Shown here in pieces: positions 37,143-44,895 of a stretch of DNA of 64,000 nucleotides. The DNA is from Actinomycetes bacterium (GTDB lineage: Bacteria; Actinomycetota; Actinomycetes; Nanopelagicales; Nanopelagicaceae). How positions within the stretch are numbered: position 1 is the first letter of the stretch; each line of letters starts with the position of its first letter. The notes under the pieces were generated by a model, which saw only the letters and a list, made by a program, of their open reading frames with translations, ran no database searches and had not been told where the DNA came from. The position numbers were made by a program, and so were the translations under genes. The stretch is taken from positions 1,506 to 65,505 of the forward strand of contig JANXME010000326.1 in NCBI GenBank assembly GCA_025354785.1. The letters run 5' to 3'.

Positions 37143-37215
37143 TGGACGTTCCGGGGATCGAACCCGGCGCCTTCTGCGTGCAAAGCAGACGCTCTCCCAA
37201 ATGAGCTAAACGCCC
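37143..37215 (-). tRNA. tRNA-Ala (UGC) with G3:U70
   Basis: GGGCGTT TA GCTC ATTTGGGA GAGC G TCTGC TTTGCAC GCAGA AGGCG CCGGG TTCGATC CCCGG AACGTCC A. Confidence 0.9.
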
Positions 37216-37299
37216 TAGACTATCGTTCCAAATATGTTCGTTTACATTTCTGGTTGCCATTGTGTGACACCATATTTTGCGACCTTCATCAACCATAAT

Positions 37300-38007
37300 T
37301 TAAAATGTTATGATGCCATTTAATTCACAAAATCGGCTCTTAATAGTTTGTGCTGCCTGCTCTGCTGGTAGCTTATTCTGAATGGGCGTTCCATCGAGTC
37401 TAGGTGCCACACTAAAGTCGATTGCCAAACGTTCATGTCCTATAGCCACGAAATCAATTGCGTAAAGAGGGGAGTTGATCTCGTAGATTGGCCCGCGCAT
37501 ACCACGGTCATATCGATTGTCAATCTCAGTAATGGTCACATCGCCTGAATTTGATCGCCAATCGTCTTTACTCGTGTACTCCAGCCAGAATTGGCGATCG
37601 CCCATAACCACCAATCGTTCCGTACGTGAAGCAAATGTTTTGGCGGTAGGAATGAATTGTGCTGCAAAATGGCCTGGATATTTCTTACGTGCGTCATCCA
37701 AGGACATTTTTTCTTTACCTTCGCCCGCATGCGCATGGATGTCGATAAAAACCACCAACTCTACCAACTTACCATATCCACTAGATTTTAGACTGGACAC
37801 TCCGCCATTCTGCGTACCCAAATCCTTGTAAAGTTCGGCAACCATACCGAACTTAGGTGTCTTCAGTCCAACCATGTTCAGAGCTTTATATGTTTCAATC
37901 CGATTGAGCTTAGGTACTGTGTGACGTTGGAGCATGAGCTCACCATCTAGGTCCATGAAATGGTCATAATAGTCGACGAAATCACTATCAAGTTTGATCT
38001 TAGCCAT
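37300..38007 (-). CDS. hypothetical protein
   Basis: 235-aa co-directional ORF; no motif. Confidence 0.6.
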   Translation of the reverse strand: MAKIKLDSDFVDYYDHFMDLDGELMLQRHTVPKLNRIETYKALNMVGLKTPKFGMVAELYKDLGTQNGGVSSLKSSGYGKLVELVVFIDIHAHAGEGKEKMSLDDARKKYPGHFAAQFIPTAKTFASRTERLVVMGDRQFWLEYTSKDDWRSNSGDVTITEIDNRYDRGMRGPIYEINSPLYAIDFVAIGHERLAIDFSVAPRLDGTPIQNKLPAEQAAQTIKSRFCELNGIITF

Positions 38008-38060
38008 GTGTTATCACCAAATTTGTAAGATGCCTAGTAAAGTGTGTCTCAGAATCGTTT

Positions 38061-38459
38061 CTACGTATCACGTGGCACCATGGAAACAAGAAATTCTGCA
38101 AATGTCATGCCAGCATATCCTTCTTTTAGGGCATAGTACACACGCACAGCGTCGATTATATCTTCAGATACAAAAACTTCAAAGAAACTCCCGCCTATAC
38201 CCGACATCTTAAAGGTTTTTGCAGAATATCCTAGTGAGATTAACGTTTCATTAACCTCACTAAGTTTATCCATTTCACTATTATGCCTCATGTAGCCAGG
38301 ATGACCAAAACTTATGCCCACATCATTATATGTAAGACTACAGAGTTTTAGCATTGGCGCTTCTTGTGATTTAAATCGCAGATATTCGCAGATATCTTCA
38401 TGCATGTGCCCCCATACACCAGTTACTATCTGGTGGCCGCAAACGCTACACTGATTCAT
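38061..38459 (-). CDS. C2HC zinc-finger / C-terminal-helix paralogue family member (short form)
   Basis: CSVCGHQIVTGVWGHMHEDIC, then IIDAVRVYYALKEGYAGMTFAEFLVSM. Confidence 0.55.
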   Translation of the reverse strand: MNQCSVCGHQIVTGVWGHMHEDICEYLRFKSQEAPMLKLCSLTYNDVGISFGHPGYMRHNSEMDKLSEVNETLISLGYSAKTFKMSGIGGSFFEVFVSEDIIDAVRVYYALKEGYAGMTFAEFLVSMVPRDT

Positions 38460-38919
38460 AGTCGCCCATTCTAATTAATTTTCGAAGTCTTGCCTTATAA
38501 CGGAATCTATCACTTCTGCCTTTATAATATTTCATGCGCTTCGCATTGCGACTACGGCCCGACCGTCTGCCACGGGCGCGGACATATGGATGATAGTACA
38601 TTGGAACGGTGCAATATTGCGCCTTGCCAAGATACCGATTAAGTATGTGTGTACGCTCTAAGCGATTAAGAAAGAACATTTCCCAGCATGCACTATGATC
38701 GTTGACTATAAATTGTTGATATCCATACACCCTATAATGCGTAGTATCCAATTCAACAATTGCCCCGCTTTCAATAAGACATGGGGCCATGAATATATCA
38801 TGTACAATAATCTTTATTCTATTTGCATCTACAGTCGCTATGTGTATAAGAGCCACGCTATCGGTATAGCGCGGGCTATTCTTTAGTCTATTATGTCGAA
38901 GCCGTTCTGTTCTAGACAT
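38446..38919 (-). CDS. hypothetical protein with Arg-rich C-terminus
   Basis: 157-aa ORF; RARGRRSGRSRNAKRMKYYKGRSDRFRYKARLRK tail. Confidence 0.5.
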   Translation of the reverse strand: MSRTERLRHNRLKNSPRYTDSVALIHIATVDANRIKIIVHDIFMAPCLIESGAIVELDTTHYRVYGYQQFIVNDHSACWEMFFLNRLERTHILNRYLGKAQYCTVPMYYHPYVRARGRRSGRSRNAKRMKYYKGRSDRFRYKARLRKLIRMGDYESV

Positions 38920-38920
38920 A

Positions 38921-39088
38921 TTAAAACATGGCGTTGAGATATGCTTGAAGACTCATTGAATCAGAAAAGGTCTTGGCCCAGATTTCACACTTCATTCTAA
39001 TGGCGTCGAGATCGTCTTGCGCCAATTTTGGATGATGTTTATTCGTATATCCTATGAGGATTCTGGGCGATCCGAATAAGTGTATATC
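38921..39088 (-). CDS. possible short member of the paralogue family (helix module only)
   Basis: Hand-translated about 55 aa from GTG: ..HHPKLAQDDLDAIRMKCEIWAKTFSDSMSLQAYLNAMF. Ends 2 nt before the next ATG. Below ORF-track cutoff. Confidence 0.3.
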   Translation of the reverse strand, partial: DIHLFGSPRILIGYTNKHHPKLAQDDLDAIRMKCEIWAKTFSDSMSLQAYLNAMF

Positions 39089-39140
39089 CACATAAATTTC
39101 TAAGCACCAAAGTGTGCGTCACAATGTTCTATAGAATAGC

Positions 39141-39569
39141 TCACATCGCACTCCATATACCAATGGAATATGTCTCACCCTTACTGGTTGACCATCGTTT
39201 AAGCAGTTGGCGCTTGGTAAGCACCAGGGTGCCGACTTGAGGATCAAAAATGATGGTTAGATCGTCATGGCTACCTATTTTAACAACCCAATGATCAAAC
39301 TCATCAATGCATAATATATTAATGTACTTTGAAGTGGTCAACTGTTCATATGCGACTTTATTGCTGAACGTCTGACGCACTTCGAAATTGAGCTTAAAAT
39401 GTTCAAGTACCTTCAGGATGTTTTTGGAGTCTGTACCGTTTATTCTGGAAGTCTCAGCCAGTTTGTATATTGCTTTATATGATTCATCGATCCCGAAAAA
39501 CAGGAGAGCCGCCCGAAGGGCTGCCACGCCACAATCTGCAGTCGTTCGCTGGAGCTCTAAGACGCTCAC
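39141..39569 (-). CDS. peptidase C39-like cysteine protease (stand-alone)
   Basis: LQRTTADCGVAALRAALLFFG (Gln/Cys), DHWVVKIG (His), IFDPQ (Asp). GTG start with GAGG SD. Confidence 0.6.
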   Translation of the reverse strand: MSVLELQRTTADCGVAALRAALLFFGIDESYKAIYKLAETSRINGTDSKNILKVLEHFKLNFEVRQTFSNKVAYEQLTTSKYINILCIDEFDHWVVKIGSHDDLTIIFDPQVGTLVLTKRQLLKRWSTSKGETYSIGIWSAM

Positions 39570-39580
39570 GAGAGCCTCGA

Positions 39581-39658
39581 TTACTTAGGGGGCCTGTGAC
39601 ATCCACACATAACACATTTCCCGTCATTGCCAAATTTACATGTATTATTCGGACACAT
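39581..39658 (-). CDS. 25-aa Cys-rich peptide MCPNNTCKFGNDGKCVMCGCHRPPK
   Basis: Hand-found. ATG shares a base with the upstream TAA (TAATG); stop lies 11 nt before the C39 peptidase start. Confidence 0.3.
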   Translation of the reverse strand: MCPNNTCKFGNDGKCVMCGCHRPPK

Positions 39659-39894
39659 TATATGCCTGCCTTTGCAAATACTTCTTTCCAATCCATACCA
39701 CTAGCCACAGATTTAAATCCATGCACTATAGTATAATTCTCGCTAATTCGCTCATGAATCTCTGGTAGAATCAGCGTACCAACTTCTTTTAGACCATTTT
39801 CATGAATACGTGCCATACCTAAATAATCCCACCTTGACCTACATCGATGTTGCGCATCGACCAATTCGGTAAGCTGTTTGGTATTTAGGCGCAT
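39658..39894 (-). CDS. hypothetical protein
   Basis: 78-aa co-directional ORF. Confidence 0.45.
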   Translation of the reverse strand: MRLNTKQLTELVDAQHRCRSRWDYLGMARIHENGLKEVGTLILPEIHERISENYTIVHGFKSVASGMDWKEVFAKAGI

Positions 39895-39896
39895 CG

Positions 39897-40085
39897 CTAA
39901 TATTCGCTAGATTGGCCACGCTTTTGCGGCTCTGGTGGCAGATTGACACCCAAGTCTTGTGCAATCAATAGAATTGACTGAACAATCCACTCCATACGCT
40001 CATTTGCATAATCGATTTGATTCTGTAAGTCTATCCTGTTTTGGCATTCATCACAGGTATAACTACAGTTACATTCGCAAGACAT
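39897..40085 (-). CDS. small Cys-rich protein
   Basis: MSCECNCSYTCDEC N-terminus; AAGGA SD. Confidence 0.45.
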   Translation of the reverse strand: MSCECNCSYTCDECQNRIDLQNQIDYANERMEWIVQSILLIAQDLGVNLPPEPQKRGQSSEY

Positions 40086-40243
40086 ATTTTCCTTGGTGGC
40101 GTGGGTCGGCCATCACTCTGACATACTGAGGGTTAGCATACTCTCTGCTCTACTAAGGTTTTTATTCAAACCTCTGATGCCATGTTGTTAAACCAAGCAT
40201 TTCATGAAATGCTGGGCGCACTCCATGCTTAAGCTACCACGCA

Positions 40244-40315
40244 TGCGGCCTATCGGATTTGAACCGATAACCCTCGACTTGGAAGGCAGATGCTCTACCG
40301 TTGAGCTAAGGACGC
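40244..40315 (-). tRNA. tRNA-Gly (UCC), two stem mismatches
   Basis: GCGTCCT TA GCTC AACGGTA GAGC A TCTGC CTTCCAA GTCGA GGGTT ATCGG TTCAAAT CCGAT AGGCCGC A. U4-C69 and U29-C41 mismatches. Confidence 0.7.
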
Positions 40316-40530
40316 TGATTCTGACATTTGTCACAAGGTGTCTTGTAAACTTTGTATTTTGGACTATAGTCCACGACATGTTGAACATATACTGACCTAC
40401 ATATTTCGCATGGATAGATCTCACGACTGCGCAAGAATCGATAACACTCATAACAGTGCATATGGTGTGCCGACACTTTAGCGCCAACCTTTAAATCGCG
40501 TCCATGGTCCGCACTTGGAATCTTGCCCAT
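40306..40530 (-). CDS. possible zinc-ribbon protein filling the gap between two tRNAs
   Basis: 74 aa with CYEC, CEIC, CDKC. ATG follows directly after the tRNA-Met 3' end; stop lies 10 nt inside tRNA-Gly. Confidence 0.35.
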   Translation of the reverse strand: MGKIPSADHGRDLKVGAKVSAHHMHCYECYRFLRSREIYPCEICRSVYVQHVVDYSPKYKVYKTPCDKCQNQRP

Positions 40531-40531
40531 A

Positions 40532-40605
40532 TAGCGGGAGTGGGATTTGAACCCACAACAGGCGGGTTATGAGCCCGCTGATCTACCGGATTGATCTATC
40601 CCGCA
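40532..40605 (-). tRNA. tRNA-Met (CAU) with initiator-type features
   Basis: TGCGGGA TA GATC AATCCGGTA GATC A GCGGG CTCATAA CCCGC CTGTT GTGGG TTCAAAT CCCAC TCCCGCT A. Unpaired 1:72, A11:U24, three G-C pairs closing the anticodon stem. Confidence 0.8.
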
Positions 40606-40606
40606 A

Positions 40607-40688
40607 TGTCGGATACTGGAATTGAACCAGTGGCCCCTAAAATCGCCCTTTCGGGATACTTAGCACTCTTTCTCTGAGCTAATCCGAC
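40607..40688 (-). ncRNA. tRNA-shaped RNA with 17-nt anticodon region forming a GAAA-capped hairpin
   Basis: GTCGGAT TA GCTC AGAGAAA GAGT G CTAAG TAT-CCC-GAAA-GGG-CGAT TTTAG GGGCC ACTGG TTCAATT CCAGT ATCCGAC A. Perfect acceptor and T arm; no 7-nt anticodon loop. Confidence 0.5.
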
Positions 40689-40770
40689 TAACTCCAGCAG
40701 CTTCTTAGGTAATTTCGCGCCTATACCCAATTCTTTCTGACATAATTAAACAAGCTTACAGTCATCCATC

Positions 40771-40824
40771 TTAGATGGGAATCGAACCCACATTGCGCTA
40801 GACCTCTACCTGCTCAACTACATC
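40771..40824 (-). other. tRNA fragment-like sequence (T arm GTGGG TTCGATT CCCAT, no matching acceptor or anticodon arm)
   Basis: GATGTAGTTGAGCAGGTAGAGGTCTAGCGCAATGTGGGTTCGATTCCCATC; no 5' partner for the 3' acceptor strand could be found. Confidence 0.35.
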
Positions 40825-40896
40825 TGGTGGGGAGTCCCGGTCGTGAGACGGGATCCTTGGCCGTAAGGCCGCCGTTCTACTTTGAACTAACTCCCC
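40825..40896 (-). ncRNA. 68-nt tRNA-like small RNA, paralogue A, with encoded ACCA tail
   Basis: GGGGAGT TA GTTC AAAGTA GAAC G GC GGCC TTAC GGCC AAG GA TCCCG TCTCACGAC CGGGA CTCCCC ACCA. Central tetraloop hairpin instead of an anticodon loop; 9-nt loop in the T position. Confidence 0.45.
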
Positions 40897-40901
40897 ATAA
40901 A

Positions 40902-40970
40902 GCCCGAGGGCGGTTGCGAGGCGCCATCTCTCCCCTATAACGGGGCCGCTCTGCTTTGAGCTACTCGGGC
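40902..40970 (-). ncRNA. 69-nt tRNA-like small RNA, paralogue B (possible UAU loop)
   Basis: GCCCGAG TA GCTC AAAGCA GAGC G G CCCC GTTATA GGGG AG AGAT GGCG CCTCGCAAC CGCC CTCGGGC. Same architecture and loop motifs (AAAGYA, YCTCRCRAC) as 40825..40896. Confidence 0.45.
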
Positions 40971-41039
40971 ACAAAAACCACAGCACGGGTTGTGCAACAC
41001 TCGTGCCAATATCTGTTTATCAAGTCAATGTTATCCTCT

Positions 41040-43085
41040 TTACTGACATATCCAATTGTCATTGGAATTTTTAGCCGTGAACAAAAGTTCATACCCAGTC
41101 TCTAGATTTACAGTGACTGCTCCAGTAAATGTTAGATAATCTGGTTCAATGAATGTACCGCCGCCACTTATAGCATTTGACAATGGCGTCCAACTGGACC
41201 ATGGACCATAGTTATCACGATGCGTTATATATATATTGTTATCAGTTCCAACAGTGGCCATCGCTTGTTTGTTTACGCCGCCAATGTCAGTACTAACAAG
41301 TGTTTCACCAGTACGACTGGCGCCCATGACATTCAATGGCGGGCGCTGGCTTATACCTACCGTTCCGCCTTGATTCCCTGCGCCGCCAGTCCCCTGCCAT
41401 GTGCAGGGATAATCCTGCGCCAAATCGGTGTACATGTCATAAGTTGCGATATATCTGTTTGGATCATTCATTGTAAATGCAATCGTGCATGCACGAGCAG
41501 GATCGACAGGTGTTGCTGGCCAAAATAGATCGCTGCATGACACAACGGGCGCTTGTGATGAAATAATAAATCCCGCTGGGAAGTTTGACCAGACTTGTGT
41601 CCATTGTTTCTCAGAGTAGTCAGAAGTTGTTGAGATTGTTGTCCAACTTACTGCGCCGCTAGGCCCATTAGGCTGCCAATACTGCCCCGGCCCCGGCGGT
41701 GGATTAACAATGTCTTGTCCATCGAAGAGATCCTGAGAATAGTCTAGATATACTACCACAATCAAATTCATTCCAGGTTCGTAGGCAACACTCACTGGTA
41801 GACGTGTTTCAATGGGGATCTGATATGGCGGACTCTTCAGCATGCCACATGATGTATTACACGACGGTGTGTCCTTGCAACCGTTAGGATAGTTGTAGCT
41901 GTTCCATGAATCCACCGTAGTACGACGTACCAAGCCATGGTAGGTCCAATTCGCTCGATCCGTGCTTGTCCAATATGAGACATTCCGGGTATTGGAGCCG
42001 CGAACGAATCCGAATGCCCACCATACCTTATGAACAGGATCGAATGTGACTGCCGGCTTGCGAAGTGAATCAAAGGGGCTTGCTGGAGCAAAGAGGCCAC
42101 CCGATCCCTTGTAATCATTGAATTTTACTGGGTGAAACTGATCGCTATCAATCACATGAATGTTTGATTCGGCAAACAGGCCCCACGGTGCTATGCCACC
42201 AGTATCTGATCCTCGCACTGCATCGAACCCACCAGCGCCACCAATCTGATTAGATGGGCTCAGCACTGCTGCGGTGAAGTTACTACCAGTGGGCAGCCAC
42301 GATGCTGTCGTTGTTTTATATATCGAATTGGTATAGTACCCATCAGTCCGTCTTGCGTCAGCGCAAGTAGTACCGGGGCGACTGCCATATCCAGCCACCA
42401 ATTTCATTATTTCATCTTCACATAAGGCATTTCGACTATAATACAAAACTTTGTTTAGATCCGTGCCCGTCGCTGGACCTGTTAGACAGGAAGAGTCCGA
42501 AACCATGCCATTGCCAGCAATCATCAAAAAGGCGCGTAGAATTATTTGTGATATTTCAATTCTATTCGGATTAGTTACGTAGTATGTACCATCCAAGTCA
42601 TATAGACTGGGATCTCTTAGTTCACCACCTCGATTCCATGTAACCCACAGTGTACCTGGGTTATTATATAGTGTGATTAACCAAGGGCCAGCTGGCGTGC
42701 CACTGCAATTTGACCAAGCCATGTGGCCAACTGGACACCCAGTCTTAGGACACGAAGTCATAACGCGTATGACAGTTTGCGTGGGGAGACAAGAAGACGC
42801 CGTTGTGATGCCATCATATACAAACTGCGTTCTAGAATTACCTTGTGACTGCAATACTGCAGCGGCTTGCAAAATGCTGGCCGTTGGGTCACCGTTCGCA
42901 TGGGCGCCGCCATTTGGTAAATTGATTACTGCCTGTTGCATTACGTAATGCTGCGGGAAGTATGATTGTCCAAACTGAGTGTGATTGCCATCGGTACTGG
43001 CTACATTTGAATCCATGGGTGGAATTGCCCAGGCTGACCTGTAACACAATACTAAGATTACACTATACCATCGAATTAGGTTCAT
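41040..43085 (-). CDS. secreted protein, function unknown (one Asp-box-like motif)
   Basis: Signal peptide MNLIRWYSVILVLCYRSAWA; WTSTDRANWTY resembles an SxDxGxTW Asp-box; 681 aa, Gly/Thr/Ser-rich. Confidence 0.6.
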   Translation of the reverse strand: MNLIRWYSVILVLCYRSAWAIPPMDSNVASTDGNHTQFGQSYFPQHYVMQQAVINLPNGGAHANGDPTASILQAAAVLQSQGNSRTQFVYDGITTASSCLPTQTVIRVMTSCPKTGCPVGHMAWSNCSGTPAGPWLITLYNNPGTLWVTWNRGGELRDPSLYDLDGTYYVTNPNRIEISQIILRAFLMIAGNGMVSDSSCLTGPATGTDLNKVLYYSRNALCEDEIMKLVAGYGSRPGTTCADARRTDGYYTNSIYKTTTASWLPTGSNFTAAVLSPSNQIGGAGGFDAVRGSDTGGIAPWGLFAESNIHVIDSDQFHPVKFNDYKGSGGLFAPASPFDSLRKPAVTFDPVHKVWWAFGFVRGSNTRNVSYWTSTDRANWTYHGLVRRTTVDSWNSYNYPNGCKDTPSCNTSCGMLKSPPYQIPIETRLPVSVAYEPGMNLIVVVYLDYSQDLFDGQDIVNPPPGPGQYWQPNGPSGAVSWTTISTTSDYSEKQWTQVWSNFPAGFIISSQAPVVSCSDLFWPATPVDPARACTIAFTMNDPNRYIATYDMYTDLAQDYPCTWQGTGGAGNQGGTVGISQRPPLNVMGASRTGETLVSTDIGGVNKQAMATVGTDNNIYITHRDNYGPWSSWTPLSNAISGGGTFIEPDYLTFTGAVTVNLETGYELLFTAKNSNDNWICQ

Positions 43086-43101
43086 TTATTTCCTTGTGTA
43101 G

Positions 43102-43491
43102 TTAGACAGCAACTTCTCGTGTGAAATCCACCGGTAAATTCCTAAATACAGACTTAATATGCCATTTCTTTAAATATTCTTGACGATGCAGTATGAAGTT
43201 ACGTGCAATCTCTATGAACAATTTTTGAGTGGCTAGACTATCAATTTCCATTGTAAAATGTCGTGGATTGGTGTCCATTGCCATGCCAGTCTTGAATTTA
43301 TATGGATAAATCATATTCCAGTGTGTCATATGTAGGTGACCACGAAAATCTGATGCCACACAATATAGGTAGGTGGCGTATAGCGCCAAGTCTGAAAGGT
43401 ACGCATCATCGCCTACGTTTCGCTGCAACGCAGTTGTGGCATGGATCTCTCGCTTAAGTTTTATCCAATCTGGCTTAATTAGAGTTTTCAC
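43102..43491 (-). CDS. hypothetical protein
   Basis: GTG at 43491 preceded by AAGGAG at 6-nt spacing, directly after the upstream TAA. Track start 43554 rejected. Confidence 0.5.
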   Translation of the reverse strand: MKTLIKPDWIKLKREIHATTALQRNVGDDAYLSDLALYATYLYCVASDFRGHLHMTHWNMIYPYKFKTGMAMDTNPRHFTMEIDSLATQKLFIEIARNFILHRQEYLKKWHIKSVFRNLPVDFTREVAV

Positions 43492-43501
43492 AGTCGGCTC
43501 C

Positions 43502-43822
43502 TTATTTTGAGAGAGGATATTTTTGAAGAATTTTCTTAACCAAGCTACGATCACAAGGCACCAAGCCTATCGCCATTAACTGGTTGCATAGATCGGGTTC
43601 ACGAATGGCGACGTGAGGAATAGTGTGTTCTATGAGTTTTTGCTCTAACAGAGCAAGATCCATCTCATTTTGAGCGACGAGCGAGACGGCGTGGGTATTG
43701 TTCGGTAAAAGAACTTGATTCTGAAGTGTCCAGATGCTTGTGGACACATCTGCTGCATGTGTTAACTGAGCATCCCACATACCTCTTGGGACATCACCTC
43801 GGCCAACAATGTAATGGTACAG
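43502..43822 (-). CDS. divergent PTH2-like protein, no ATG at the true N-terminus
   Basis: Upstream in-frame extension gives YHYIVGRGDVPRGMWDAQLTHAA (compare KQVLVMRADLKMRKGKCVAQGAHAS in 44498..44893). C-terminus AIGLVPCDRSLVKKILQKYPL. Start codon uncertain (CTG 43822, ATT 43810 or ATA 43849). Confidence 0.4.
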   Translation of the reverse strand: MYHYIVGRGDVPRGMWDAQLTHAADVSTSIWTLQNQVLLPNNTHAVSLVAQNEMDLALLEQKLIEHTIPHVAIREPDLCNQLMAIGLVPCDRSLVKKILQKYPLSK

Positions 43823-43895
43823 CGGTGTATTATCGGTTGTATCGCATATTCAAAACCTCAGTACATAATTATAACATGGGAAAGTCCTACGGAAA

Positions 43896-44021
43896 CTACT
43901 CATCATTGCTACGATCCATGGTGGACAGGGCGACTACTTGTAGAACTGAATAGATGGCCTGCAAGCAGGCAAGAGCCAAAATGAAAGTCATCCAGGGATG
44001 TTCTCGCATTAGTTCAATCAT
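43896..44021 (-). CDS. 41-aa membrane peptide (below ORF-track cutoff)
   Basis: MIELMREHPWMTFILALACLQAIYSVLQVVALSTMDRSNDE; ATGA overlap with the upstream stop. Confidence 0.3.
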   Translation of the reverse strand: MIELMREHPWMTFILALACLQAIYSVLQVVALSTMDRSNDE

Positions 44022-44344
44022 TGTGGTTGCTCCTTGGCCTTCTCTAGCATTTCTAGATGCTTGCGAATGTAGCGCATGAATAGAATGGCCTTGTCTTGAG
44101 ACAAGAAAGTTGTAGTGCCAATGTCTGTTATTGGCACCGGGAACTCAAACTGCTCGTAGTTGGCGTCTTCTGGGCTACCTGACATATCTGGCACCACATA
44201 GTCCACCTGATACCAAAGGTTTCCGTCAAAATATCGGGTGAAATATGCACTATTCTCGCCGACCACCATCAATTTAATTAAGTCCGTATTGCCCATATAC
44301 ATATCCTCAAGCATCTCGATTAATGACAAACTTGCCCAACGCAT
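44018..44344 (-). CDS. hypothetical protein
   Basis: 108-aa co-directional ORF. Confidence 0.5.
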   Translation of the reverse strand: MRWASLSLIEMLEDMYMGNTDLIKLMVVGENSAYFTRYFDGNLWYQVDYVVPDMSGSPEDANYEQFEFPVPITDIGTTTFLSQDKAILFMRYIRKHLEMLEKAKEQPQ

Positions 44345-44497
44345 TAACTGTCTCGATGATCATCTGGCGTATGATCACCCATCTGTTGAATATTGTCGCA
44401 ATTACTGCAAATGTGTGTCTCACATCCATAGCAGTAGTCATCGTCGTCGCATTTAGTTTTGCAGAAATAGCAGAAACCATCGTTGTGTAGGGCCATA

Positions 44498-44893
44498 TTA
44501 ATATAGTTTAAGGTGTCCTGTCACCTGGTTTATCTTCTCTTCTGTGTCCGGGCCAATGGCTAGGCATGTGCGGGTTGGTACGCCGTTGAACTCAGTCTTA
44601 CCTGCGTCGGTAATCATATGCACCTCAAGACCACTAGTTTCGGCCTGCTCATAAATCTCCATTAATTCTGCCTCTGAGCTGACTTGAAGACATATTTTGG
44701 TAAATGCGCCGCCAAACATCCACTCTATTTCATTTTTACTAAAGTTGCCTTCATATTGGCCCGTTCCTAGACTATCCCAGGCTGTGGTTAGCCGTTTCAC
44801 TAAGAATGAAATAGATGCATGAGCACCTTGAGCAACACACTTACCTTTTCTCATTTTTAGATCGGCGCGCATCACTAGCACTTGTTTGATCAT
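44498..44893 (-). CDS. pth2: peptidyl-tRNA hydrolase, PTH2 (archaeal/eukaryotic) type
   Basis: KQVLVMRADLKMRKGKCVAQGAHAS, ITDAGKTEF, TCLAIGPDTEEKINQVTGHLKLY. ATG 44893 (or GTG 44899 in a GTGA overlap). Confidence 0.85.
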   Translation of the reverse strand: MIKQVLVMRADLKMRKGKCVAQGAHASISFLVKRLTTAWDSLGTGQYEGNFSKNEIEWMFGGAFTKICLQVSSEAELMEIYEQAETSGLEVHMITDAGKTEFNGVPTRTCLAIGPDTEEKINQVTGHLKLY

Positions 44894-44895
44894 GC

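Noticed and set aside
36977-37204. ORFs reading across tRNA genes: 36977..37204, 40188..40487, 40204..40395, 40798..40986, 27375..27626, 27387..27617, 62907..63179 and 63103..63285.
   Set aside because: They overlap well-folded tRNA or ncRNA sequence and lack SD sequences. Several start with TTG per the track.
40091-40190. Possible tRNA: the minus strand ends in GCCACCA and has hairpins AGGTTT-GAATAA-AAACCT and GAGAG..CCCTC.
   Set aside because: No T arm lies adjacent to the putative acceptor 3' strand, and no complementary 5' acceptor strand exists. One hairpin pairs better on the plus strand. Left unassigned as a structured leader of 39897..40085.
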